Source of the DNA: Paragordius varius | Taxonomy: Eukaryota; Animalia; Nematomorpha | Assembly (NCBI GenBank): GCA_964247055.1 | Contig: OZ176051.1 | Span: 8,990,001-9,054,000 of the forward strand | DNA length: 64,000 nucleotides | Direction: 5' to 3' | In this document: positions 36,106 to 50,300 of the stretch, in pieces | How positions within the stretch are numbered: the stretch's first letter is position 1 | How the letters are laid out: each line of letters begins with the position of its first letter | The notes under the pieces: model-generated | What the model saw: only the letters and a program-made list of their open reading frames with translations | Database searches by the model: none | Told to the model about the DNA's origin: nothing | Made by a program: the position numbers and the translations under genes

Positions 36106-39100
36106 ATGTCTGCAGCAGTTTTGGATGATTTTTTTGCTAGAAAAGACCGCAAAAAGCAGCACAAAAAGACTAAAGATAAATATAAAATTGAAATTGTAGA
36201 AGATAATTTAGAAGTTAAAAATTCTAATGTCGATTACGTGAATGGGCAGGAAGATTTTCAGCAGCTTGACATTCCCAAAAATGAAGTTCTTATTTGTTTA
36301 TTTAAAATTATGTTAATTCTTTATTTACAAATTATATTTTTATAGGAAGATGATGGGGAATGGATTGAAGAAAAGGTGGTTGATGTTGATTTTACTGCTT
36401 TGTCCCTACCTAACTCTAGATTGCATTCTAAGTATTTTCACAACAACCAATAACAATTTTTTATAAATCATAAAGTACAGATATCAATAAATAGGGATAA
36501 AAATTTAAAATATTAAAAATGAACCTATTTTATGGTACAGTGGATTAAATAAAAGTATATTTGTTATAATGCAATTAATATTAGGAGTTAAAAAAATGAA
36601 CATTAGTGAAAACAATAAAGAAACAAAGGGCTATAATGCACGAGCCCACATTACCATACCCATTAACATTTCGATTTAAATTGGCGTATCTAAATACCTC
36701 AGACTAAATTTGAGTTAGGAGTTTTAGAAACTACTGAATTAAACGGTCCAAATTTAAATTTATACCTCTATCCTAATTACAGTCATGTCTATATAGAATT
36801 GTCTTTTTTTTTTATTTAAATGATTATAATTTTTTTTTAATTGTTTTGATGTTTGATATGTCAACTTTCAACATGCGCATTTTTAAGCCTTAAAATAATA
36901 ATAGCCTATTTAGTGTAAGAATTTTTAATTTATAATTAAAAGATGTTGCAAAATATTATTCTTGAACATTTTATCTACAACATGCGCATGTAATTTATGA
37001 TAACCAAGTTTAATATATGTTTTCATTTTCTAGGGGTTTTTAACATGCACTTAAAATATATAAGAAAACCCAAGCAGATGTCCATTTAATCTCTATATAT
37101 ATAAAGAAATAAATCATAAATCTAGAGTTATTTTAAAAAATTATGAATATCAACGATAACCCATTATTTCTTCTTTGCTCGGCAGCTAGTGTACTTGAAG
37201 GTTTATATTAAAAAATAAAAATTCAGAACGAAATCCAATATTAAAGGAAAACATAGCTCCCTCAGTTTTTATTAAGTTCAATAATAGTTTGCGATAATGC
37301 ACCTATTCACAAAGCTGTGGTTGTAGGTGAGCTAAGAAATAAAATTGTTTATTTACCTCCTTATTCGCCACAACTGAATCCCATTGAATGTTTTTTTCAT
37401 GAGATTAAACATCAATTTGATAAAAAACCCCGGTGTAGTACCCCTTTAGAGCAGCATAACAAAATTTCAAGACTTTGCGAAGAGAGAAGGGAAAAAAATC
37501 TAAAAAATTATTTTAATTTTTCTTCACATATTTTGTTGGAATGTATACAAAGAAAACCCCTAGAAAATGAAAACAATTATAAATTTATTTAAATATTATA
37601 ATCAATAAATATTTTTATCTTTTAAATTATATTTTGGTTATGTGTGTTTAAACTTTATTAATAAAATTTTATAATTAATATTTTACAAAAGATAAAAATT
37701 ACAATATGCGCATGTTGTGCATCAAGAATAATATTTTGCAATATCTTTTAATTATAAATTAAAAATTCTTACAATAAATAGGCTACTATTATTTTAAGGC
37801 TTAAAAATGCGCATGTTGAAAGTTGACATATCAAACATCAAAACAATTAAAAAAAAATTATAATCATTTAAATAAAAAAAAAAGACAATTCTATATAGAC
37901 ATGACTGTATTATATAAATATGACAAAATATCTAAATAAAATTTTGTTTTGACAAAAAAGTTCCATGTCAAACTACTTCGACGCCATTTTTATTTTACAA
38001 AATTTTTGCAAAACATCGTCTTCATTTTATGTTAAGGGTAAAATAAAGCTAATTTATATTTAAATTACATCCAACATTTATAGAAATAGAAAAAGCTGTT
38101 TATTCTGTATTATTTTTCCTATTTTACCATTGCACATATGTTACGCTGATTAAATTTTTACCTCTCGGTTTTAGCTTAAAATAAGTGATATTAAGTATTT
38201 TTAAAAATTTTTTTTATATATTTCTGTTTATTAAAGTTATATACGTGCAAAATTTAGCCATGGTTTCGATTCCTTCCATATTTTTTAAAGAATTTAATTA
38301 TAAACAGGCCTGGAGTATTTAACTAACCCAATTTAAATCGAAGGACAAAAATGAATGTGTTGAATTCAATTGTTAAATAATTATTTTTTACTATTAATAA
38401 AAGAAAAAAAAGGGAAAGAAGGGCATTTATTGATTATGTATTACCATACTACTACGTAATATTTTTTCCCTTCATTAGTAAATATAAAAAATAATTATTA
38501 TTTGATGGGCATGCTAATGCTATGCACCATGGCCCTTTGCTTCTATATTTTCACTAATATTCATTTTTTTACTAGTAATATTAATTTTTTTACTACAAAT
38601 ATTCTTTATTTATCCACTGTATAATCACGCTAAAGGGAATATAAATAGTGTTATAGGATTAGGGCAAATTCATATTAGATTGGCACGTCTTAAGAGTGGT
38701 TTTTCCTTTCAAATTTTAAATATATGCTGTCTAATGCTTATTAATCCAATCTTTTAAATCCCCTCTGTTTTTTATTTTACTTTCATATCAATTCAAATAA
38801 TTGACTTATTTTTAGCAAAAAAATGGTATCATCTAGCGATTATCTGGATGAGGCCAGTCTTGATTTCGAACGCGCCGTAAATGTGTCACCTTCTGGCATT
38901 CAACATAATGGGGACAACACAGCGGCCAGTGAATTTGACGGAGGTGATGGAGAAAGCACAGAAGATTTCTTGAAGGTTGATAGAGGCGATTTTGTAGGCG
39001 ATTCTAACTCAGCTGCCAGCGGAAAAACATCTGGTTGGAAAACTGTGACAAGTATAAAAAGATTGGAAACACCAGTTTTAGTTCTCATATTAGTTTACCA

Positions 39101-40203
39101 TGATATTTATATATGGTGTATAAATTGTATGTATTAGTTTATACATATGACCTAACCCAAAAATTGCTAATGCATAATAATACCAAATATTCCAGTTTAA
39201 TATAGTAATTGTCTTATAACGAATCGGTAAAAAACTTGTTATAAGTCAGGGATTAATTAATGATTATCACGAAAAAACCAAAGAATATCCAATTGAAAAA
39301 AATGATTAGCACATACAAATTTAACATATTTTTAACCATATGCTAATTATTTTTTATTTAAATATTCATTAGTTTTACGTGATAATTAATTTTAATATTT
39401 ACTGAACCGGGATCAATCGAATTTGCATTACATACTATACTATACCATTTACAATTCAAACTCACCCTTGAACGATTCAAATTTACCCCTGAACAATGAA
39501 ATCACCTTAAAAATAAACTATGTTTTTTCGAGCCTATATAACTTAACATTAATATCAAATGTATTCTTATGGCATAGTTTATTATTTTAATTTTAAACAA
39601 ATTTTATTCCTAAAAAATATGAAAAAAATATAGGTAGTTTTTAACTTTAAAAAACACATAATTTATTTTAGGGTGAATTTGAATTGTTTTAGGGTAAATT
39701 TGAATTTAAGGGTGAATTCGAACTGTAAATGGTACATTATATTTTTTTACCTACGCTTTTATGTAATAATGTTAACCCTTTTTTGAACGCAATTTTTTAT
39801 CGTATTCTAAAAAAGCTTTATAACTGACCTACATATTAAATGTGTATACAATGAATGCCCTTATAATATTTTAGTGCTCCATTTTATTATATAGATAAAA
39901 GTGAAGCCTTCAAGACTCCTCAGGCAGAGGAAAGTGTTGAAACCGCCACTGAGCCAAAAAAGTATATACCACCATCGATGAGAAAGCAAATGCAGGATGC
40001 TAGAAAATCTGGGAAGGCTGATTTGCTTATTACGGATTACCAAGAATTTCCTAGCCTTAAAACGACTAACACGAGGTTATATTTGATTTCAGCTTGTTTT
40101 TAAGTTTAAATATATTGATTATATTTATCCAGAATTATAGATATAAAAAATGTATAATATATAATTAGTCTTACATTATATTGATATTCTTTTTAGGAAA
40201 TGA
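36106..40203 (+). CDS. CDV3: CDV3 homolog (carnitine deficiency-associated protein 3 family), 5 exons
   Basis: Exons 36106-36285, 36346-36431, 38816-39051, 39895-40075, 40197-40203; GT-AG and phase-consistent. Motifs LDDFFARKDRKK, DDGEWIEEKVVDVDFTAL, SGWKT, KYIPPSMR, QEFPSL match CDV3 conserved blocks in order. Confidence 0.85.
36667..38372. mobile_element. piggyBac-type MITE (same family as 17995-18525, opposite orientation), split by a Tc1/IS630 insertion
   Basis: TTAA at both ends (36663-36666, 38373-38376). Segments 36667-36779 and 37908-38372 match the reverse complement of 17995-18525. Confidence 0.8.
36780..37907 (+). mobile_element. Internally deleted IS630/Tc1/mariner element with ~230-bp TIRs
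   Basis: TA|CAGTCATGTC...GACATGACTG|TA. Transposase C-terminus IVCDNAPIH...YLPPYSPQLNPIECFFHEIK (37283-37592). Confidence 0.9.
39441..39736. mobile_element. MITE with TACCATTTACA termini, in CDV3 intron 3
   Basis: TATACCATTTACAATTCAAACTCACCC ... GGGTGAATTCGAACTGTAAATGGTACA with subterminal repeats. Confidence 0.75.
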
Positions 40204-42045
40204 CGGATGTCAAGAATGCAAAATAACCTCCCCTAATTCAATTAATTAATCAAAAATATTTTGCTTTAAAAAATTTTTTGGTGTTAATGAAACTATTATA
40301 AAACTTGTAAAAAATTGTAACATTTCCAACATTTACCAGCTTTTTGCCCCTTTCGCGATAGAAAAAAGTAATATGAATTGAAGAAAGAAAAAAAGGATGA
40401 ATCATGAAAGCTGCTTATTCAAAATATTTTTTTTTAAATAAAATTTTTTAGCCAACATCATCCATTTATTTTTTAATGTACACCAAAATAAATTTACAAA
40501 TATGGTATGTTTAGTAGTTTCTGATGAAATTCATACCAAAATAACTTTCTAATATGCTTTGAAGAAAATCAAGACTTAATTAAGCAAATTTAATGTAAAG
40601 TGATTTAAGTATGTTTTAATATACAAGTAATCAAATCTTTGATATATATATATATATATATATATACTATTTTTTATGAAGAATTATTATATATTTTAAA
40701 AAATGTTAATTACAAAAAACTGCAACAGAAATGGAGTCATATTTATGTTTAAGGAGTGGTAAGTATTTCAGTAGGCGATAAAGCATAGTACCGCAAATCA
40801 GATAAACAGTATAGATTAAAATACAGCAAAACGTAAATATATTAAGACATTACTTTGATCTTTCCTAAATAACCACAAATGTAAATTTAATCCATTTTTA
40901 ACAATTTATACTATTTCATACTATGAAATATAACAAAATGAATTATATTTTAATAAATATTCAAAAAATACAACGGTCTTTTAAAAATATATTATTCTCC
41001 TATGTCTCTGTGTAGTTATAATTTTTACACTAATTTATTTATAAAATTTATTAACATATGTTAATATTTATTATGAATCATGATTAAAAACAAAATGCTT
41101 TTGTCTTAATTGAAATTTAATAAAATTACCCTCATGTTTTAAAAATTAACGCATAAATGCCAAAGTTGTCACAAAAAAATATTATTTCTTAAAAAACTTA
41201 TTTTCTTGCGTTGAAATAATTTTTATTATATTGCATCATACCGAAAGTTGAAAGATCCATGTATATTTTAGAAAACACTCTTTCTATATAATTTGATGCT
41301 TTGAAGATGTCTTACGCATCAGAATTTCAATTAAGTGATTGTTTATTCAAACATTTTTGACGTGAATCTGTGCTTTGTGGATTTTAAGTTTTATCGGCCC
41401 TTAGACCTTTCTTGCTAATTTTAGGAACGCTTAAAAATATTAATTTAATATATTATTATTTGTTATCAAACCTTTAGGATTAGGACAAAGCAAGATTTTG
41501 TAAAATAAAACGGTAACACTGAATAAAGTTTAGCTGAATTAAAATCCCAAAGATACCATTTATCTTCTATAATTTATTAATCAGTAATACTCAACGAATT
41601 ACGAGTCAAATAAGGGCCATAATATAATACCGACAAATATTGAGAGCGGCAGATTTGTTTTCATTACATACCACACTCCTATTTAACATATTTCATTTTT
41701 ACCTCGATGTAAGTTGCAACAAAATAATAAGGACTACAACAAATTTGTTTTACATCTTGCCAAAATTATATGCCCTAATCCTTCGCTATTTCTTTTAAAT
41801 ATTTCAAACTGGAATCATGATCGATAAATTTTTTAAAAGATGCATATGATCAAACCGAAATATAAGTTTTATAGAAAAAAAGTCGGTTTATAAAAAAAAC
41901 TATATAAATTTTTTAAACAGTGAGTAAATAAATATCGAGCCCTCAAAATTGTATTAATATTTATAAGTAGTCAAAAAATATATTCCCAAAGCACTTTTAG
42001 AACCGCATGCGGCTGGTGGTCCGTTTGACTATTACTGTATATATA

Positions 42046-45000
42046 CAGTATGCATTTTAATGTATGTTAAGTAATTTTATTGCCTGCCAAAAAACATAAA
42101 TGGTTTATCAAATGCGTAAAATACTGACCCACAAAATTATTTCGTAGTACACATATGAAAGAGATTGACGTGAGAATTAACATAGGCTTTAATTTGATGG
42201 ATATTTTGTAATGTTAAATTTTGAGAATATTATAGCTATTTATATTAACATTTGTAATATTGTTGTTACGTATTTAGATGCGGAATTTTGTGGGTTTTTA
42301 TCTTTAATAAATTAATAAATAGTAAAATACGTATTTAAGATATTTTATGTTAATTATTACTAAATTTAATAATAAATATTTTTCAACATGCTAAATACCT
42401 GTATTAATCAATCTTGGTATTATAATTTTATATAGCTCTTATTACTAATTAAAAAAACACAGGTAAATACATATTTGTGAAAAATAGATTTTTGTCTTTG
42501 ATGTTTTGCATTGTTAATTATTAATAAATTTTAAGTATTTCAGACATTTTATCAGGTAAAAATTGCGGTTTTTAAATTTAGTCAAATTTATTTGTTTTTT
42601 TATTTAATATTGTTATTTGATTAACTACTACATATTTTGGACATTTTAATAATTACAGGTAAAAATTGCGGTTTTTAACAAATTTAGTAAAAATTTAGTT
42701 TTTTTTTGTTTTTTAGGTTTTGCATTGTTAATTGTAATTAACTACTACATATTTAGAACATTTTAATAAATACAGGTAAAAATTGTTGTTTTTAACAAAT
42801 TTAGTAAAAATTTAGTTTTTTTTGTTTTTTTAGGTTTTTCATTGTTAATTGTAATTAATTACTATATATTTTGGACATTATGATAAATACAGGTAAAAAT
42901 TGTAGTTTTTAACAAATTTCAAATGTAACATTTTTTGTATTTTGTATCATTGTTATTTAATTAATTACTAAATATTTTGGACATTTAAAAAACTGGTGTA
43001 AATTGCGGTTTTTAAATCAGTAAAATTTTAAATTTTTTGTTCAACTTGCTAATTTATTTTGTCACTATATATTTGTGATACATTGATATATACAGGTAAA
43101 AATTACTATGATTTGCGGTTTTTTAAATTTTTTAAAATATAATTTTTTTTGTTTTACATTCATAACTAATATATTAAATATAGTTAACATTCTGAGCAGG
43201 TAAAAATGCATGTTACGGTTTTATGTTTGACATTTTATTCCAAATCAACATTTATATTTTAATAAACACCTTATGTCACCAAAGATTGAAAATAAGATCA
43301 AAATATTTAAAACATCTTTTAAAATATCTGAATATCGCCAAATATAAATAAATTTATTTAAATTATAAATGTATAATTATACAAAATATTCATAATATTA
43401 TGTTTGAAATTAACATTCTTTTAATTGATATTATTACAGGTAATTTATTTATATAATTGATCTACGATGCGGTGTCCGTTCATGATGATCATATAGATTG
43501 AATAATAGTCTGAGATGCAATAATTCAATGCAGATAATCCTAAAAATTTACCATCATTTTCTAGGTGGATTCTATCAACTAAAATATAAGATATTTAATA
43601 TATTAGAAAATGGATACCTGGATTCTAGAAGTATTTTCAACATAATTTTAAATTTTGGGGGAAACATTCAAAGTTTGGAACTCAATAAGCTTGACTTGGC
43701 TTTTTAACAACTAAATTTGCAAAAAAATATTTTCTTCATGATAAAAAATTCAAAAATGATAAAATATGTTTTTTTCGTTCTACCATCCTAAACTATAAAT
43801 ATAAAAAACTATATGTTAGTGTTGCCTTGCTTAGTTTTTGGAGTGATGTTGCATTCAAAACTTTTAAAAATAAAAATTTGTTTCTATTTTTTATTTGACG
43901 TCATTGTTATAGTAAAATCATATAAGCCTTTTCATATTTATAGTTTAGGATAATGAAAAAAAATAAAGTATCATTTTTGAATTTTTTATCATGAAGATAA
44001 TATTTTTTTGCAAATTCATTTGTTAAAAAGCCAAGTCAACCTTATTGAGTTCCCTTTCAAACTTTGACTGTTTCCCCTAAAATTTAAAATTATGTTGAAA
44101 ATACTTCTAGAATCCAGGTATCAATTTTCTAATATATTAATTATATTATATTTTAGTTGATAGAATCCACCTAGAAAATGATGGTAAATTTTTAGGATTA
44201 TCTGCATTTAATTATTGCATATCAGACTATAATTCAATCTATATGATCATCATGAACGCACACCGCATCGTAGATCAATTATATAAATAAATTACCTGTA
44301 TTAATATCAATTAAAAGAATGTTAATATCAAACATAATATTATGAATATCTTGTATAATTATACATTTATAATTTAAATAAATTTATTTATATTTGGCGA
44401 TATTCAGATATTTTATAAGATGTTTTAAATATTTTGATCTTATTTTCAATCTTTGGTGACATAAGGTGTTTATTAAAATATAAATAGTTGATTTGGAATA
44501 AAATGTCAAACATAAAACCGTAACATGCATTTTTACCTGCTCACAATGTTAACTATATTTAATATATTAGTTACACTGCTCAACAAGGTTTTGCACCACC
44601 CCATTATTTTTGCATTTTCTAATACCTAATGGCATGGAAAGGCCAAAACAAAAAAGAAAATTGAGGCCACCAATAGGATTTTTCCAAAATTTAATTTTTA
44701 AATTTGTATTTAATTCAAAAATAACAATCATTCCTCGTGCACATATGTTTAAATAATCAAACGAGCAAGTCGATACAAGTAATATTCCATGCATGAATAA
44801 CAAAATTTAGGGCATTAAATAAGATACTAAACAAGCTAAGAGCCAAAGTATTAAAAATCTAAAAGAGGCTTATGTATAGTGTGATAGATCCGGGCGGCTG
44901 CACAAGCTCTGCATATCCCCCAAGCGATCCTATAATTATGCCAGATGTGGCAAAGATAACAATAAGTAATCGTAAAGTCCGATAAGAGAGACTTGCAAGC

Positions 45001-47170
45001 AAAATCCAGGCAAATTGACATGTAAAATTAACCAATTCACAGAATAAAGTTAGATAAATTCTACAATTAAATTGAATATAAATTAGGTAAATACAAATGG
45101 TCCAATCCCATAACAGTAAATTCTACTAAAAAAGGCTACACAACATCCATCTGAAATTCAAAATACAAAACAACCAATAATTTTTAAAAAAATAAGGTAT
45201 ATCCACTAGGTATAAATAAAGGATTTTTTATAAGAACCAACTCAAGAGAAAAAGTCTAATAAGTACTCAAAAGAACGAAAACTAACAAAAAAATATAGCC
45301 TATCTGAAAGCCGAAGGTTTAAACCATAGAATGCCTTTTTTAGTATTTATTTATAAAAATTTATATGTGTTAAAAATTCACTTAAAAAAAAAGACTAAAT
45401 TTTGACGTTTAAGTCCGTACTATTTTTTTCTCTCTGATATTTAAATGACATATTTATAATCAAAAGATAGAGTTTAAAACGCTTTATTAAATAATATTAA
45501 GTTTATAATATAATAACATTTTATTATAAAGTTATATTTAATTTTCTCTCGATTTTCTCTTGTTTTTGAAAAATTGAAAAACCTATAAAATTTCAAAATT
45601 CTGATTGGCGGGATCAAAAATTTTTTTAAATTCGGTTTTAAAACACTAAAATTAGTCATAATTTAAAAAGTTTGAGTGGTGGTGCTTAAAAATGTCCAAA
45701 TTTGTCGACTAGTGTTATGAATGTAAAATAAAAAAAATAATATTTTAAAAAATTTAAAAAACCGCAAATCATAGTAATTTTTACCTGTATATATCAATGT
45801 ATTACAAATATATAGTGACAAAATAAATCAAGGTTGAAAAAAAATTTAAAATTTTACTAATTTATTAAAAACCGCAATTTACACCAGTTTTTTAAATGTC
45901 CAAAATATTTAGTAATTAATTAAATAACAATGATACAAAATACAAAAAATGTTACATTTGAAATTTGTTAAAAACTACAATTTTTACATGTATGTATAAT
46001 AATGTCCAAGATATATGGTAATTAATTACAATTAACAATGAAAAACCTAAAAAAAAAAACTAATATTTTACAATATTTGTTAAAAATTTTACCTGTATTT
46101 ATAATAATGTCCAAAATATATGGTAATTAATTACAATTAACAATGAAAAACCTAAAAAAAAACTAATATTTTACAATATTTGTTAAAAACCGCAATTTTT
46201 ACCTGTATTTATTATAATGTCCAAAATATATAGTTATTAATTACAATTAACAATGAAAAACCTAAAGAACAAAAAAAAACTAAATTTTTACTAAATTTGT
46301 TAAAAACCGCAATTTTTACCTGTATTTATTATAATGTCCAAAATATATAGTAATTAATTACAATTAACAATGAAAAACCTAAAAAAACAAAAAAACTAAT
46401 ATTTTACAATATTTGTTAAAAACTGCAATTTTTACCTGTATTTATTAAAATGTCCAAAATATGTAGTAGTTAATTAAAATTAACAATGCAAAACCTAAAA
46501 AACAAAAAAAACTAAATTTTTACTAAATTTGTTAAAAACCGCAATTTTTACCTGCAATTATTAAAATGTCCAAAATATGTAGTCAAATAACATTATTAAA
46601 TAAAAAAACAAAAAAAAAATTAAATTTGACTAAATTTAAAAACCGCAATTTTTACCTGATAAAATGTCTGAAATACTTAAAATTTATTAATAATTAACAA
46701 TGCAAAACATCAAAGACAAAAATCTAAAATCTATTTAATTTTTCACAAATATGTATTTACCTGTGTTTTTTTAATTAGTAATAACAACTAAATAAAATTA
46801 TAATACCAATATTAATTAATACAGGTATTTAGCATGTTGAAAAATATATATTAAAATTAGGAAACATAAAAAAATCTTAAAATACGTATTTTACTATTTA
46901 TTAATTTATCAAATATAAAAACCCACAAAATTCCGCATCTAAATGCGTATCAACTATATTTCAAATGTTAACATAAATTCCTATAATATTCTCAAAATTT
47001 AACATTACAAAATATCCATCAAATTAAGCCTATGTTAATTCTCACGTCAATCCTCTTTCATATGTGTACTACGAAATAATTTCGTGGGTCAGTATTTTAC
47101 GCATTTGATAAACCATTTATGTTTTTTGGCAGGCAATAAAATTACTTAACATACATTAAAATGCATACTG
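42046..47170. mobile_element. Giant non-coding foldback element (arms ~1.8 kb or more, ~100-bp spacer, ~90-bp internal subrepeats)
   Basis: TA|CAGTATGCATTTT...AAAATGCATACTG|TA. Left arm 42046-~43815 is the reverse complement of ~43925-44573 plus 45715-47170. Confidence 0.92.
44574..45714 (+). mobile_element. Degenerate Tc1-like element inserted in the right arm of the foldback
   Basis: Imperfect TIR CACTGCTCAACAA / TTGTCGACTAGTG. Duplicated (T)TA relative to the uninterrupted left arm. Remnant DRSGRLHKL resembles the Tc1 GRPR motif. Confidence 0.7.
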
Positions 47171-47337
47171 TAATTAGTATAAAAATTATAATTAAATGAC
47201 ATTACCTAATATAATTTAAGAAATATAAATCCAACATCAACTCATTCAGATTAGACTTTTATAGCTAATCCTTTCAAATTACCCAATAAGTAAATAAAGA
47301 CATAATATTTAGTAATATAAGGCGAAATTTAAATTTA

Positions 47338-50300
47338 TCACATTTTGCACGAATCAATAATTTTTTCCACGCTTTGAGTAACATCAGAGACAGTTTCGTT
47401 GAAATTTAATATTTTCTTTGTCATGTAATCGCTGTAGGTTGTGTTAGGCGTTAAAGGGCATGTAATTTTAAAGATTGTACAATTTAAATACCATCTCAAA
47501 TCACTTCTAGCCACATATTGTAAATCTTTTGTGTTAACTTTTTGACCATCAATAACATTAGACATTTCATTATGAGGTATGGAATAAACGATAATTTTGA
47601 CATAGAGTGCAGTGTTGGAGGTATAATTTGGAGCAAACTGTTTCACCTCAGCCTTCAATTATAAAAACAATCAAATGTGTAAAAATGTAAAAATAAAACA
47701 TTGTGTGCTTTAGGTTTAGGCAATAAATACATTAACAATCAGTGGTATCTCTATAAAATTAGAAAATGTGAACTATTCCTAAATTAATAAAAAAATGGAC
47801 CCTTAAAAAATGAATAAGAACATTATCAGTTTAATATCCAGAAATATAATTTTTATGCAAATACTTTACTAAATACTTCCATTTCAGTCTTTTCAAAAAA
47901 AATATTTTGGCTCATTAAAAATTGAGAAAGTCATAAGATTGTGGGAATTTAACTTAACTTAATAGTTAAAAGTAAAAATAAATGATGATTCGCTTGAGCT
48001 TATTCATTATTGGGGCTATAATGGTGGGATGATCGATATACGTAAATTGTTATGCATTTGCAAAAACTGTATGCCAAATTAAATCTCTTTACAGCTTTTA
48101 TGATCAATATTTGCGTTATCTCTTATTTTCCTAAATTGATAGTTTTAATATTACTCTATATGGCGTTTAGAAGAGCTATGTAATAAGAATTAAAATAAGA
48201 ATTATGGTTATTTGAAAAAAATACGGTCTGTAAGCAAAACGAATACTTTAATTGAAATTACAAGCTGATAAATTGGCCCTGAATTATATAGAAAAGCTGT
48301 TTTTATGACATAATGTGTTTTCTGTTTACAGTCTTATGTTCGAAATCTAATTTTATGAATTGAATTATATATATTTTAAATGCGGCTCGCGTATTCATTT
48401 GTGTTGGCCCTGCTTTAAAATAACATATAACATGCTTCAACAAAATTTTGATAAAATTTTAAGTAAATTGGTTTATTTTAGTAGAGTCCGAAATTTTGGG
48501 CTCACATACAAAAAATATAATAAATATGAATATTTTGTTGTAAATGATAATATTTTTATGCTTGTAATAGCATTTGACTTTAACTTTATAACAAATTATT
48601 TCGATTGCGCTCTTATTTTGTAATTTTTTACGTAAAGTTACCACAAAAAACATCATTTTAAATAATTCTTAAACCCTAAAATCAAACGCAGTACAAAAGC
48701 CCTGATCCATACAATTTTTATCAGAATATTACCATATCATGATATCAAATAGGTTTTGATTTTGTTCCTTATGATATTTTTGAATGATAGATAACAATTA
48801 CTTTAATGCAATTCCTCTCTTTGGCTTTTATGGGTGCCTTTAAGTGTGTCTAAATCGATATAATTATGATATTTACTTCCAAAAAATATTTCTACTTGAA
48901 ACTAAATAGTTTGTATTGACCCCAAATTTATTAATATAAAAGGATATCGAATTCCATTTATTATGCCTTTAATTGATCCGCAACTCTTTATCTAATCGGA
49001 TATACGTTCATTATATGTTTTTACTCTCAGATCTTCTTTTTATCTATTTTTTTCTACATATTTTCTATCCGCTTCTTCAAGACTAATGAACTACTTACTT
49101 GTGATATCGCTAAAATAGGAGAATCACGTTATTATCAAAGACACCCTTAAGTCGTATTAAACGTGTTCACAAAGTGTTCATCATCAATATTATATATGCA
49201 TTCATTGTACATGTTCTCGCCCCAAATAATTTAATTTTTTAATTTCTCTTCTTAAGGTCGTATGGATCTTTATGTTGTGAGGATGCTTTAAGCTCATGAA
49301 AACTGTAAATTATGTATTCCTTTAAATAAATTATAAAATTACCAAGGTAGGTATGATTTTAAGACAACTTTAATAATTAATCAATTATTTCAGCAGAGGG
49401 AAAACATGGATTTTGAGTTTGAGTTGTAATGTGATACCAATATTTTATACACTCTTTTCACTTACCCATTAATTTGAGTCAGAATCTGATGGAATATCTT
49501 TTACTATGGGTAGCATAGCCATTACAACACATTTCTAATGCGACATGTTCTCTATTTATTTCAATTAAAAGTGCTATCAACAACTATACAAAAACCACTG
49601 AGGAGGGCGACATTATAATATGTCATTTGTTGTCATATTCCTGTAAATCATATTATATAAAGGATGTTTAATTTTATTAGCTGGCCATCAAAAATTTATA
49701 TAATTCAGAGCCCGGTTTGAGTTTAACTGGTATAGGCAAATTTAAGCCATTCACATTAAGCCAAACTTAATATAATTAAAGTCTCACACATAAAAATTGT
49801 AAGTTATTGAACGTTATTATAATTCTACCTGTCGATTCAACAGTTATTTTCAAAGCTAAAAATTTGCAGCAACGAATAAAATTATATTACACAGTGTATA
49901 TAAAAAAGTTTACTTCATAAGCTTATAACTGTCGGACACCATACAAAAAAAACACTATTTTGAGTCAAAAATCGCCATATTTCCATATTTTGCAAGAATC
50001 GAAAATCACATTTTTCTGCTCAATCAAAAACACATTTTTTCTAAATTTGATATATAAAACATATCGGCTCAGAATTTTGCTTCAAACCGTATCCCGAAAG
50101 CGTTAAACATTAAGAAAAATTATTTTAATATAATTTTGACATAAAAAGTCCGTTTAAGCCATTATTTCTTTGTCATGTAGAAAATAGGTTTTTGATATAT
50201 TACTTTCGGTACAATAAAATTACTCTATTTCTATTCTAAAACTAAAGTTATGGGTTTCTATGGTTTTTGGTCGTTTTAATATAATGAAATAGGTACATTT

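Noticed and set aside
49000-49650. Additional minus-strand exons with GTAAGT donors
   Set aside because: The frames I checked contain stops; could not be fitted to the gene model.
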